64,000 nucleotides of DNA from an uncultured Actinomycetota bacterium (GCA_963818455.1 CAWFSE010000001.1:176729-240728); one strand, 5' to 3'; shown: positions 14,417-30,905, counted from the first letter of the stretch. The notes: generated by a model from the sequence alone, not told the origin. Translations and numbers: made by a program.

Positions 14417-14956
14417 TCAGGCCAGGCCGAGGTCGGCCAGCGAGTAGACCGCGCGGTACTGCAGGCCGGCTGCGATGACGGCCGGCGCCCGCGCCGCGGT
14501 CGACGATGACCGCGACGCCCACGACGGTCGCGCCCGCCTCGCGCAGCGCCTCGACCGCGGCCAGCACCGAGCCGCCGGTGGTCGAGGTGTCCTCGACCGC
14601 GAGCACCGCGCCGGCCCGCGACGTCGGGGCCCTCGATCCGCCGCTGCAGGCCGTGCGCCTTGCCCTCCTTGCGGACCACGAACGCGTCCAGCGCCCGGCC
14701 CCGGGCGGCGGCCGCGTGCAGCATCGCCGTCGCGACCGGGTCGGCGCCCAGGGTCAGCCCGCCCACGGCGTCGTACTCCCAGTCGGCGGTCGCGTCGAGC
14801 ATCACCTGGCCCACGAGCGGGGCGGCGACGGCGTCCAGGGTGACCCGGCGCAGGTCCACGTAGTAGTCGGCCTCCCGCCCGCTGGACAGGGTGACCCGGC
14901 CGTGCACGACGGCCTTGTCGGTGATCTGGGGCAGCAGCTCGTCGCGTGGCGCTCAC
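14417..14956 (-). CDS. pyrE: Orotate phosphoribosyltransferase. Frame-disrupted.
   Basis: ..DELLPQITDKAVVHGRVTLSSGREADYYVDLRRVTLDAV.., then PRPP-binding loop VLAVEDTSTTGGSVLAAVEALREAGATVVGVAVIVDRGAG, then ..AVIAAGLQYRAVYSLADLGLA*. Convergent with dedA. Confidence 0.85.
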   Translation of the reverse strand: MSATRRAAAPDHRQGRRARPGHPVQRAGGRLLRGPAPGHPGRRRRPARGPGDARRDRRLGVRRRGRADPGRRPGRDGDAARGRRPGPGAGRVRGPQGGQGARPAAADRGPRRRGPARCSRSRTPRPPAARCWPRSRRCARRARPSWASRSSSTAARAPAVIAAGLQYRAVYSLADLGLA

Positions 14957-15007
14957 GGCCGGGCAGCGTACGCGCCCGGCCGTGAGCGGCGGAGGGGCCG
15001 TCGCGGG

Positions 15008-15511
15008 TCAGCCGCGGTGGGCCAGCTGGTCGGCGTTGAGGTAGACGCCGAGGCGGAAGGTGCCGTCGAGCTCGACCGTCTCGCCGACGTGGCCGTCGAT
15101 GCCCAGCCATTCGGCGTCCTCGGCGGTCAACGTGAAGACGTCGGAGAAGGTCTCGGTGGAGGTGCAGTAGACGGTGCCGCGGAGCATCGAATCAGACACG
15201 GGGATCGACCGGTAGGGCCTCGGCTCGCGGATCGGGCCCGCTGTGCTGGCCGATCTCCTGGGACGTGCCGTCCTCGAACGTGACTGTCGCCTCCTGGTCG
15301 TACGTGAAGGCGCGGCCGACGACGCCCTGGCCGTCGATCCAGGCGCGGGCGGTCGGGCCCGACTCGCTGACCGTCACGGAGAACTCCCGGCCGTTGTCGC
15401 ACGTGAACACCCCGGGATCGTCGACGGCGGTCGGCGGCTGCGCCTGCGCGGCGCCGGCGGGACCAGGACGAGGGCGGCTGCCGCGAGGGCGATCGGGATT
15501 CGGCGGTTCAT
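15008..15511 (-). CDS. Secreted protein with a Sec signal peptide and two tandem copies of a Cys-containing beta-rich module of about 60 aa. Family unassigned; MliC/lipocalin-like is speculative.
   Basis: MNRRIPIALAAAALVL.. signal peptide, then after a frame change GPAGAAQAQPPTAVDDPGVFTCDNGREFSVTVSESGPTARAWIDGQGVVGRAF... Second module ..VYCTSTETFSDVFTLTAEDAEWLGIDGHVGETVELDG..*. The two modules align as C-x4-[ET]FS-x-[VT]-x7-A-x-W-x-IDG-x-VG. Confidence 0.6.
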
Positions 15512-15596
15512 GGGGTCCTCCGTTGCTTGGGCGATGCGGTCACCCGTTTGTCGCGCCGGGCAAGCCGCGGTTCCGTTGCGGGACAACGGATTGCGC

Positions 15597-17085
15597 TCAG
15601 CTGTCGGAGGCCGGGCGGGACGGGCGGCCGGACGGCGCCCAGGCCAGGGCGGCTCCGGCGGCGGCCAGCACCAGGCCCCACACGACGAGCTCGCCTGCCG
15701 TAGCCGCGCCGGGGGCGGGCAGGAGCTCGACGTCACCCCACCGCGGACCGAAGAGCAGCAGCCCGAGCAGCAGCACCCCCGCGGCCGCGGCCACCAGGTC
15801 ACCGGGCGAGCACCGGCCCAGCCGGCGGAGCACGGCCGCCGCAGCCACCGCCGCGACGGCGGCGATGGCCGGCAGCAGGGCCAGCAGCCAGCCCTGCGGC
15901 GCCGGGTAGGCCCGGTCCCAGGCGGCGGCGACCCCGCAGACCACGGCGAGGATGGCGGCCAACCCGAGCAGGCGGGCGGCAGCCCCCACCACGGGCTCCG
16001 AGGCGTCGCCTCGACCGCCGCGGCGGACGGCTCGTCGAGGAGGAAGGAGGCCGGCACGGCGAGCAGGAGCAGCCCGCCCTGCGCGAGCCGCGCCGCCCAG
16101 GGCCGGTCGCCGAAGCCGAAGGCCAGCGCGATGACCAGCAGGCCCGGCGCGGCCACCGCGAGCAGCGAGCCAGGGGATCCCGGCCCGGGCGTGGGTGACC
16201 ATCCGATCAGCCGAGCAAGCGCCCAGAGGTACGCCACGACGGCGCCGATCGCCGAGGAACACCCCGTAGCGCGTCCACCGCGACTCGGGTCTCGCCCTCG
16301 GCGTCCTTCATCACGGCGGCCCACACCGCCAGGCCGCACAGGACGAGGGTGTAGGCGAGGTAGCCGACCGGTGAGCCCGAGCGGACCCCGATGAGGGTGT
16401 CGCCGTCGGAGGAGACCGTCCACATCGTGTACGGCATCGCGGTGGTGGTCAGCCGGATCGACGGGTTGTCGTACAGCGTCTGCGTCGACGGCCGCCGCCG
16501 GCGAAGAAGAAGCTGGGGACCACCAGCACGACGACGAGCAGGAGCCCCGCGCCGGGGAATCGCCACCACCGGCCCACGGCGACGCCGAGCAGCGGGCCGC
16601 CCACGCGGCGACCACGGAGGCGCTGATCAGCGCCGCGAGCGCCGGAACCCAGCCACCGATGGCGTCGAGCAGCTCCGGCCGGATCGGCCAGAACGCCAGG
16701 GTGACAGCCGCCACACCAGCCACGCCAGCCCGGTGGCCGCCGGCACCGCGCACGCCGCGCACAGCGCCAGGGTCCGGGTGGTCGCCGACACCGGGGTGCC
16801 GGTGACGAGGTCGAGCGCCCGCTGCTCGGTGGCGGTCAGCCGGAAGGCCACGATCGCGCCGAACACTCCGACGAAGAACGCCACGACGACCGGTCCGGTG
16901 AAGGCCTCCAGGTCCTTGCCGGCGTCGTCGTACATCTGGGTCATCGTCACGACCAGCAGCGCGACCCCGAGGAGGTAGAGCGGGTGCGAGGCGAAGCGCT
17001 TCGCGTGGATCCAGGCCAGCTGGCGCAGGACCGGCCCCTCATCGACGTCCGTCTGCGGGCCGCGGGCCGCGACGGCGGCGCTCAC
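15597..17085 (-). CDS. ABC-2-type transporter permease (about 495 aa, multi-pass). Heavily frame-disrupted.
   Basis: GTG start overlaps the upstream ATPase stop (GTGA). N-terminus VSAAVAARGPQTDVDEGPVLRQLAWIHAKRFASHPLYLLGVALLVVTMTQMYDD..FTGPVVVAFFVGVFGAIVAF. Further hydrophobic segments (LAVAAPGLLVIALAFGF.., TLVLCGLAVWAAV.., C-terminus GVLLLGLLLFGPRWGDVELLPAPGAATAGELVVWGLVLAAAGAALAW) are spread over three frames. Confidence 0.55.
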
Positions 17086-17942
17086 GCCGTCACCTCGATC
17101 CGCTCGCCGCGCATCAGCAGGTAGGCGTCCTCCAGGGTGCGGCTCGACGAGCTCGGCGCCGTGCCGGGGCGGAGCCGACGTGCCGGAAGCGGCCGGTCCC
17201 GGTCCGCCACTGCGCCATCGCGGCGGGATCCGGGGAGTCGGCCATCCACACGCTCCCGCCGGCGGTGCCGACCAGGTCGGACGACCAGCCCGTCGAAGAC
17301 CACCCGGCCGCCGTCCAGGACGATCACCCGGTCGCAGAGGGCGGCGATGTCCTCGGTCTGGTGGGTCGACAGCAGGACGGTCGCACGTTGACCCAGCCCG
17401 GACAGGATCGTCCGGAGCGTGGCCCGCTGCTCCGGATCGAGCCCCGCGGTCGGCTCGTCCAGGACGAGCAGCTCGGGCGCGCCCAGCAGGGCCTGGGCGA
17501 CGCCGAGGCGCCGCCGCATCCCGCCGGACAGCCGCCGGACCTTCTTGGTCGCGACCTCGGTGAGGTCCACCAGCTCCAGCACCCGCCGCACCTCGGCGTG
17601 CCGGGCGGCCTTGTCGTCCCACTCCTTCAGCACCGCCAGGTAGTCGACGAAGCCGAACGCGGTGAAGCCCCGAGGGAAGCCGAGCTCCTGCGGCAGGTAG
17701 CCGAGCCGGCGGCGCACCTCGGTCCGCTCGGACAGCGTGGACACGTCGCGACCGAGGAGCCGGACGCCCCCGGAGTCGGGGGCGAGCACCGTCGACGCGA
17801 CGCGCAGCAGGGTCGTCTTGCCGGCGCCGTTAGGACCGAGCAGCCCGGTGACGCCCGGGGCCAACGACAGCGAGACACCGTCCAGCGCGGTCGTGGAGCG
17901 AAACCGCTGCGTGACGCCGGACAGCTCGACGGTGGGGTTCAT
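17082..17942 (-). CDS. ABC transporter ATP-binding protein (ABC-2/DrrA-like). Frame-disrupted near the C-terminus.
   Basis: MNPTVELSGVTQRFRSTTALDGVSLSLAPGVTGLLGPNGAGKTTLL (Walker A). [34 protein letters not shown] (signature/Walker B). TVLLSTHQTEDIAALCDRVIVLDGGRVVFDG. Start ATG overlaps the anti-sigma stop (ATGA). Confidence 0.85.
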   Translation of the reverse strand: MNPTVELSGVTQRFRSTTALDGVSLSLAPGVTGLLGPNGAGKTTLLRVASTVLAPDSGGVRLLGRDVSTLSERTEVRRRLGYLPQELGFPRGFTAFGFVDYLAVLKEWDDKAARHAEVRRVLELVDLTEVATKKVRRLSGGMRRRLGVAQALLGAPELLVLDEPTAGLDPEQRATLRTILSGLGQRATVLLSTHQTEDIAALCDRVIVLDGGRVVFDGLVVRPGRHRRRERVDGRLPGSRRDGAVADRDRPLPARRLRPGTAPSSSSRTLEDAYLLMRGERIEVTA

Positions 17943-18770
17943 CCGATTCTCCAGTCGGTGGCGAGGCGGCGGAGCCGGGCCAGGAAGACGAGTCCGGCGA
18001 CCAGGGCGATCGCCGCGTACGCCATGCAGGGCTGTCGAGTCGAGCAGGGCGAGCGGTTCCCGGCGAAGCAGCGCGGGGAAGGTGGCGGCGACCCACAGCC
18101 AGGGCCACGCCGGTCGCCGCGTAGACCGGCGGTGCGTAGGTCGCGGCGGCGAGGGTGACCAGGACGAACGCGGCGGCCGGCAGCAGCCAGACAACGGCCA
18201 CCCACCACGGCCCGGTGAGGGGAACGGCGGCCAGCATCGTCAGCGGCACGCAGGTGGCCAAGACGATCGCCGTGCGCAGCAGCAGCAGCCGGGCCTTGGA
18301 GTACGGCGCGCCAGCGTCAGCTCGTGCGTCGGGTCGGCCTCTCCGCCGTAGGCGGCCGCCACCCCGGCGGTCGGGGCGAGCGGGGCCAGCACCAGGAAGA
18401 GCCCGAGGCCGACAACCGGCGCCCAGGCGGCCGCGGCCGCGGCGAAGACCAGCACCGCCGTCAGGCCACCCAGCCATGCTCCGGTGAGCGACGGCGCCGC
18501 CGAGAGCAGCAGCGCCTCGGACTCACGGACGCCGAGCCGGAGCAGCACCGACGCGACCAGGCCGGGCTTCGGGGTCTCGATCGACTCGCGAATCGCCATC
18601 CAGACCGGGTCGCGATCTGCCGCGGCAGGGGCGCCGACCGCGGCAGCGACCGCCGCCCGGCACTGCTCGCAGCCCACCAGGTGCTGCTCCACCGAGGCCG
18701 AGGCGGCCTGGGCCGCCCTGCCGTCCACCCACGCTTGGAGCGTCGGACCGGGGATGTGCCACTCGTTCAT
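17939..18770 (-). CDS. Membrane-anchored zinc-binding (ZAS-type, HxxxCxxC) anti-sigma factor with a multi-pass C-terminal membrane domain. Frame-disrupted.
   Basis: MNEWHIPGPTLQAWVDGRAAQAASASVEQHLVGCEQCRAAVAAAV (H-x3-C-x2-C). Hydrophobic helices follow: LLSAAPSLTGAWLGGLTAVLVFAAAAAAW.., ..LLLLRTAIVLATCVPLTMLAAVPLTGPWWVAVVWLLPAAAFVLVTLAAATY.., ..CMAYAAIALVAGLVFLARLRRLATDWRIG*. ATG overlaps the sigma stop; the stop overlaps the ABC ATPase start. Confidence 0.7.
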
Positions 18771-19395
18771 GCGGTGCCTCCTGCCAGCGCGCCCCCGGTG
18801 AGCTGGGTGCGCATCTGCGCCCGGGCGCGCATCGCCCGGGTCTTGACGGTGCCCTCGGGGATCCCCAGGAGCCGGGCGGCCTCCTTGGTGCTCAGCCCGT
18901 CGAGCACGGTCGCCTGGATCACGGCCCGGAACTCCGGGGACAGCGCTGACCAGCGCGGCCCCGACGTCGCCGTACTCGACCGAGAGCAGGACCGCGTCCT
19001 CCGCGGCCGGGGCGGCGCCGGCGTCGACCTCGGCGAGCAGCACCTCGGACGGTGAGCCGGCGGCCGCGCAGCCGCGAGATCAGCCGGCGGATCCCGATCC
19101 CCCACAGCCACGCGCCGACCTCACCGTCGCCGCGGAACCGCCCGGCGCCCTTCCAGACCGCGACGAAGGTGTCCTGCAGCACGTCGGCGACCAGCTCGGG
19201 GTCGTTGCAGCGACGCCGCAGCCGGATCGACAGCCACGGAGCATGGCGCTCGTAGAGGACCCGCAGCGCCCCGGCGTCACCGTCGGCGACGGCGGCCAGC
19301 AGCCCCCGGTCGTCGCGCTGATCGGCGGTCACGAACGGATTGTCGCCGGGCGGGGTCGGTTCGGTTCCCGTTCGGCCGAACCGGCGCCGCGCCAT
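18767..19395 (-). CDS. ECF (group IV) RNA polymerase sigma-70 factor. Frame-disrupted once.
   Basis: Region 2: GLLAAVADGDAGALRVLYERHAPWLSIRLRRRCNDPELVADVLQDTFVAVWKGAGRFRGDGEVGAWLWGIGIRRLISRLR. Region 4 HTH: FRAVIQATVLDGLSTKEAARLLGIPEGTVKTRAMRARAQMRTQL. About 209 aa. Confidence 0.8.
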
Positions 19396-19417
19396 GCGCG
19401 CGATCTGACGGCAGCCG

Positions 19418-20468
19418 CTACCCGCGCGAGCGCCAGGCGGCGACCAGCTCGAGCTCGGTGGCCCGGTCGAGGCCGGGCGGGCCGGTACGACTCCGGCGGC
19501 TGCCCGCCGGGTCGTCGCGCAACGCCTCCCACGCGCCGAGCGCGGTGTCGGCCAGCGGGCGCGCCGCGTGAAGCCCTCGGCCTCGATCCGAGCGGTGGCG
19601 AGCAGGCGCGCTCCGCCTGGGTACCAGGTCGGCAGCCCCGACCACGGCTCGAACGCCCTGCTGCAGCAGCCAGTCGTCGTCGGCCCACACCGGGCTCGAC
19701 GGCTCCGCCGGTCGCCGACGCGCAGGCCGCGATCCAGTCGCCCCAGGTGTCGCGCCCGGGGGTGACACCGCGGTGAAAGCGCCGGCGAGGCCCCGCTCGA
19801 GCGCATCGAGGGTCCAGGCCACGAGGTCGCGCACGTCGACCACCTGGTACGGCCGGTCCGGCGTGCCGGCGCACCAGCACGGGTCCGCCCGCGGCCGCCC
19901 GGCCGAGCCAGTACGCGCAGCGGCGCACGTTCTCGTACGGGCCGTAGATCACGCCGGGGCGCACGAGCAGGGTGCGGTCCGGGCCGAAGGCGCGCACCGC
20001 GGCGAGCTCCCCGCCGCGCTTCTGCTCGGAGTAGCGCTCCATGGACGGCGGCGAGGGGTCGTCGGCGTCGGCCTCCACGAGGGCGGCCGTCTCATCGAGT
20101 CCGTCCCGCTCGGTCCACTCGGCGTAGACCCCGGCGGTCGAGACGTAGCCGTACCGGCCGCAGGCGCCGGACAGCGCGTCGGCCGCGGCCGCGACCCGCG
20201 CGGCGTTGAGCCCGCTGACGTCGAGGACCAGGTCGTACGCGCGGCCGGCGAGGGCGGCGCGGACCGACTCGGCGTCGTCGCGGTCTGCGTGCAGCGCCTC
20301 GACCTCGGGCCGGTCGGCCCCCGACCGGCCCCGGTTCAGCGTCGTGACCGGCCAGCCGCGGGCGAGCGCGTCGCCGACGGCGGCGCGGCCGACGAAGGCC
20401 GTGCCGCCGAGGACCAGCAGGGAGGGCACGTCAGCGCCCGCGGCGGCCGTTGACGCGGCGGCCGGCAC
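19418..20468 (-). CDS. NAD-dependent epimerase/dehydratase family protein (NmrA/atypical SDR-like). Frame-disrupted in the C-terminal third.
   Basis: VPSLLVLGGTAFVGRAAVGDALARGWPVTTLNRGRSG (Rossmann), ..YGYVSTAGVY.., ..VVDVRDLVAWTLDALERGLAGAFTAVSPPG.. The GTG at 20468 overlaps the SDR gene 3' end, so the true start may be internal. Confidence 0.6.
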
Positions 20469-21226
20469 GCTGGAGCGACTCGCGCGGCAGCAGCCTGGTC
20501 ACGGCGCTGATCGCCTTGTACGCCCCGCCGGGCACCGAGATCGACTTGCCGTCGGCGAGGTCGCGCAGGCACGCGTCGACCAACTCGTCGGCGTCGAGCC
20601 ACAGCCGCTCGGGGATCATCGAGACGTTGATGCCGGCTCGCTGGTGCAGCTCGGTGCGCACGTACCCCGGACACAGGGCGAGCGCCCGCACCCCCGTGCC
20701 CTCCAGCTCGCTGGCCAGGCCCTGCGTGAACACCGTCGCGTACGCCTTGGCGGCGCTGTACGTGCCCAGCGGCGCGAACGACGCCACCGACGACACGGTG
20801 ATGACCGCGCCGCGGCCGCGCGCGACCATGCCCGGGGACAGCCGCGCCGCTCAGCCGCAGGACGGCGCGCGCGAGCACGTCGAACATCTGCTCCTCGGCG
20901 TCGAGGTCGCCCCCGACGAAGCGGTGGTTCAGCCCGTACCCGGCGTTGTTGACCAGCACGTCGACCGGGCGCGACCGGTCGGCGAGCCGGTCCTCGACGC
21001 GCCGCAGCTGCTCGCGGTCGGACAGGTCCGCCCCCAGCACCTCGACCTGGCCGCCGAAGCGGCGCCGGAGGTCCTCGGCCTGCAGCTCCATCCGCGGGAC
21101 GTCGCGGGCCACGAGCACCAGGTCGTACCCGTCCTGGGCGTAGCGGCGGACGAAGGCGGCGCCGATGCCGGCGGTGGCGCCGGTGATGAGGGCGGTGGGC
21201 GCGGTGACGGGGGGGTGCTCGAGCAT
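20431..21226 (-). CDS. Classical short-chain dehydrogenase/reductase (SDR). Frame-disrupted once.
   Basis: TALITGATAGIGAAFVRRYAQDGYDLVLVARD..VDVLVNNAGYG.., then in a second frame AVITVSSVASFAPLGTYSAAKAYATVFTQGLASELEGTGVRALALCPGYVRTE (YxxxK motif). Confidence 0.8.
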
Positions 21227-21275
21227 GGCGGCACTCTCGCACGGCGGGCCGCCGCCGGTGGCAGGGTGTGGCGGC

Positions 21276-22446
21276 GTGACGGAAGCGAGCGGCCCACCGC
21301 CTCGACGGGCTCGGCACCACGATCTTCGCCGAGATGTCGGCGCTGGCCGCCGCCACGGGGTCGGTGAACCTCGGCCAGGGCTTCCCCGACATCGACGGCC
21401 CCGCCGTCGTCGCCGAGGCCGCGCGCGCCGCGATCGCCGAGGGCCGCGGCAACCAGTACCCGCCCGGGCCGGGCGTGCCGGAGCTGCGGGCGGCCATCGC
21501 CGAGCACCAGCGGCGCTGGTACGGCCTCGCGGTCGACCCCGACTCCGAGGTGCTCGTGACGGCCGGCGCCACCGAGGGGATCGCCGCCGCGCTGCTCGCG
21601 CTGGTCGACGCCGGCGACGAGGTGGTCGTGCTCGAGCCGTACTACGACTCGTACGTCGCGTGCATCGGCTGGGCCGGGGCGGTCCGCCGGCCGGTGACGC
21701 TGCGGCCGCCGGACTTCGCCCTCGACCTCGACGCGCTGCGGGCCGCCGTCACCGACCGCGCACCCGGATGGTCCTGCTCAACACCCCGCACAACCCCACG
21801 GGCGCCGTGCTGTCACGCGACGAGCTGCAGGCGATCGCCGACGTCGCCGTCGAGCACGACCTCGTGGTGGTCAGCGACGAGGTCTACGAGCACCTGGCCT
21901 TCGACGCCGACCGGCCGCACGTGCCGATCGCGACGCTGCCGGGCATGCGGGAGCGCACGCTCACCCTCGGCTCGGCGGGCAAGACGTTCTCGTTCACCGG
22001 CTGGAAGGTCGGCTGGGCCACCGGGCCCGCCGAGCTGGTGTCCGCCGCCCGCGGCATCAAGCAGTTCCTCACGTACGTCAGCGGCGGGCCGTTCCAGCAC
22101 GCCGTCGCCGCCGGGCTCGCGCTGCCGGACGCGTACTTCGCCGGGCTGCGCGACGGGCTGGCGGCCAAGCGCGACCGGCTCTGCGCGGGGCTCGCGATCC
22201 GTCGGGCTCGAGGTCTACCGGCCCGCGGGCACGTACTTCGTGCTCACCGATGTGCGGCCGCTCGGCTACGACGACGGGATGGCGTTCTGCCTCGACCTGC
22301 CCCGGCGGGCCGGCGTGGTGGCCATCCCGGCCGGGGTGTTCTACGACGACCAGGCGGTCGGCCGGCCGCTGGTGCGCTGGGCCTTCTGCAAGCGCGACGA
22401 GGTCCTCGACGACGCCGTCGCCCGGCTGGCCCAAGCCTTCACCTGA
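21276..22446 (+). CDS. Class I/II PLP-dependent aminotransferase (DapC/kynurenine-aminotransferase-like). Frame-disrupted; frame shifts and is restored mid-gene.
   Basis: ..RLDGLGTTIFAEMSALAAATGSVNLGQGFPDIDGP..YPPGPGVPELRAAIAEH. Middle in the alternate frame: VLLNTPHNPTGAVLSRDELQAIADVAVEHDLVVVSDEVYEHLAFD..SAGKTFSFTGWKVGWATGP (PLP-lysine context). C-terminus ..GVVAIPAGVFYDD... The start is ambiguous between GTG at about 21276 and ATG at 21334. Confidence 0.8.
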
Positions 22447-22473
22447 CGCCCGGCAGGTGCGCGAGGATCCGCC

Positions 22474-23604
22474 CATGAGCCACTCCGAGGAGGACCTGCG
22501 ACGCCGCCGGGCGTTGGCGGGGGCCACCCGCTTCCTGCAGCGCGATGGGCTCCGGTCGCCCGCCGAGGCGCTGCACCGGCTCGGGGACCTGGCGGTCGAT
22601 CCGCTGCCGGACCTGTACGGCGAGCATGGCGAGCTCGAGGCGCTGGAATCCGAGGTCGCCGACCTGCTGGGCAAGCCGGCCGCCGTGTTCATGCCCAGCG
22701 GGACCATGGCCCAGCAGTGCGCGCTTCGCATCTGGGCCGATCGCACCGGCCACCGCGCGGTCGGCGTGCACGGGCTGTCCCACCTCGTGCGCGACGAGGA
22801 GCGGGCGCTGGAGGTGGTCCACGGCATCCGGATGGAGCACCTGAGCGCGGACCCTCGGCCGCTCACGGCCGACGACCTGGCCGGCTGCCCGCATCCCCTG
22901 GGCGCGATGGCGATCGAGCTCCCCCTGCGCGAGGCCGGCTACCTGCTTCCGCCGTGGGATGAGCTGGTGGACCTGGTGGAGGCGGCGCGGGCCCGCGACA
23001 TCCCGGTGCACATCGACGGCGCCCGCCTGTGGGAGAGCCAGCCGTTCTACGACCGCCCCCTCGCCGAGATCGCCGCCCTCGGCGACACGGTCTACGTCTC
23101 GTTCTACAAGGGACTGGGCGGCATCGCCGGGGCGGCGCTCGTCGGACCGGAGGACGTGATCGCCGAGGCGCGCCACTGGCAGCACCGACACGGCGGCACC
23201 TTGGTCAGCGTCTACCCCCTGGCCGTCGCGGCCCGCGAGGGGCTGCGCACCCGGCTGGACCGCTTCGGCGCCTACGCCGAGCGCGCGCGGGCGGTCGCCC
23301 TTGCCGCCGCGGCCCGATCCCCGGCGTGCGGGTCCACCCCGAGCCACCGCACACCAACGCGTTCGTGCTGTTCATCGACGTGCCCGCCGACTCGCTGCGC
23401 GAGGCCGGCCTGCGGCTGGCGGAGTCGGAGGGCCTGACTGGCGCTGGGCGTGGTCGTCTCCGCCGAGGTCCCGGGCTGGGCGGCGACGGAGTTCGTCGTG
23501 GGCGAGGCCACGATGGCCTGGTCGGTCCCGGACATCGTGGACGTCCTCGCCGACCTCCTCGCCTCGGCCCGGCAGATCAGCGAGGAGCCGGCTGCGCGAG
23601 CGTG
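22474..23604 (+). CDS. Threonine aldolase / beta-eliminating-lyase-family PLP enzyme. C-terminal frame-disrupted.
   Basis: MSHSEEDLRRRRALAGATRFLQRDGLRSPAEALHRL..AVFMPSGTMAQQCALRIWADRTGHRAVGVHGLSHL..VHIDGARLWESQPFYDRPLAEIAALGDTVYVSFYKGLGGIAGAALVG.. The real tail (..AAADPGVRVHPEPPHTNAFVLFIDVPADSLREAGLRLAESEGL...EEPAARA*) is in another frame. Confidence 0.7.
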
Positions 23605-23627
23605 AGGCCGGAGGCGCCGCGCGGGCG

Positions 23628-26176
<2,549 letters not shown>

Positions 26177-26211
26177 CTCGGGCTCCCTTCGGCGCGTCGG
26201 CGGGTCAGTGG

Positions 26212-26574
26212 TCAGGGCCGGCGCTGGGGGCGCCAGACGACGAGGGCGGTGCTGCGGCGCTCGTGCTCGTACGCGGCGAGGCGCTCGCGCAGGGCGGCGT
26301 TCTCGCGCTCGAGCTCGAGGATCCGCTTGATGCTGTCGAGGTTGTGGCCGTCGGCCGACAACCGCTGCACCTCGCGGAGCAGCACGATGTCGCGCAGCGA
26401 GTAGCGCCGGCCGCCGCCGGCCGTGCGGCCCGGCGAGACCAGGCCGATCCGGTCGTACTGCCGCAGCGTCTGCGCGTGCAGCCCGGACAGCTCGGCGGCC
26501 ACGCTGATCACGAAGACCGGGGCGTCCTGCGAGCCGGCCGCGAGCGAGTCGAAGAGCTCGTCGTAGACGGACAT
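26212..26574 (-). CDS. hspR: MerR-family heat-shock repressor HspR.
   Basis: [102 protein letters not shown] is a full-length HspR. Intact. ATG lies 1 nt after the dnaJ stop. Confidence 0.85.
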   Translation of the reverse strand: MSVYDELFDSLAAGSQDAPVFVISVAAELSGLHAQTLRQYDRIGLVSPGRTAGGGRRYSLRDIVLLREVQRLSADGHNLDSIKRILELERENAALRERLAAYEHERRSTALVVWRPQRRP

Positions 26575-26575
26575 C

Positions 26576-30457
<3,882 letters not shown>

Positions 30458-30558
30458 TTCTCTCCGCATCCCGCGTATTCCCGCCCCCAGCGCCGCGCTC
30501 CGGCAGCAGGCGGGGCGGGCGGCGGCTGGGTACGCTTTGCGGCGTGGTGCTCCGACAG

Positions 30559-30690
30559 ATGCGCGCGGCCGGCGGCCAGGGCTCGCTGCGCTCGCGCGTG
30601 GTGGCCGTGCTGCTCGTGCTCGGCCTGCTCGCGCTGTCGGCGCCGGTGCTCGTCCCGGCCGCGGCCTGGGTGTGGGACGCGCTCACCTGA
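30559..30690 (+). CDS. Candidate small hydrophobic protein (43 aa). Not on the supplied ORF track.
   Basis: ATG..TGA reading MRAAGGQGSLRSRVVAVLLVLGLLALSAPVLVPAAAWVWDALT. All 43 codons end in G/C. Single predicted TM helix. In the spacer between dnaK and the Fe-S oxidoreductase gene. Confidence 0.3.
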   Translation: MRAAGGQGSLRSRVVAVLLVLGLLALSAPVLVPAAAWVWDALT

Positions 30691-30905
30691 GCGGCCCGAA
30701 ACGGCGGTCAGCGGGCAAAAGGTCCGACTATTCTCGGGCCTAAGGTCCCGCGCCCCGGCTAAGTTACCGGCCGGTAGGATCGGACCCGCTCCACCGCGTA
30801 CGACCCCGGCGCGGCGCCCTGCGCGACGCCCGGCCCGATTGACCCACACGCTCGCCTTGACGCTCCCCGGCCGACCTGGCCGGGGACCCGGACGGGAGGA
30901 CCCCC

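Noticed and set aside
15560-15580. Small hairpin TCCGTTG-cggga-CAACGGA between the ABC permease stop and the tandem-repeat secreted protein gene, as a possible terminator.
   Set aside because: The stem is only 7 bp with no U-tract and no convergent context. It is too weak to call.
15243-16394. Plus-strand ORFs of 383 and 214 aa (15243..16394 and 15265..15909) opposite the ABC permease.
   Set aside because: They are antisense to a clearly membrane-protein-coding minus-strand gene. They have an Arg/Gly/Pro-rich composition and no domain signal.
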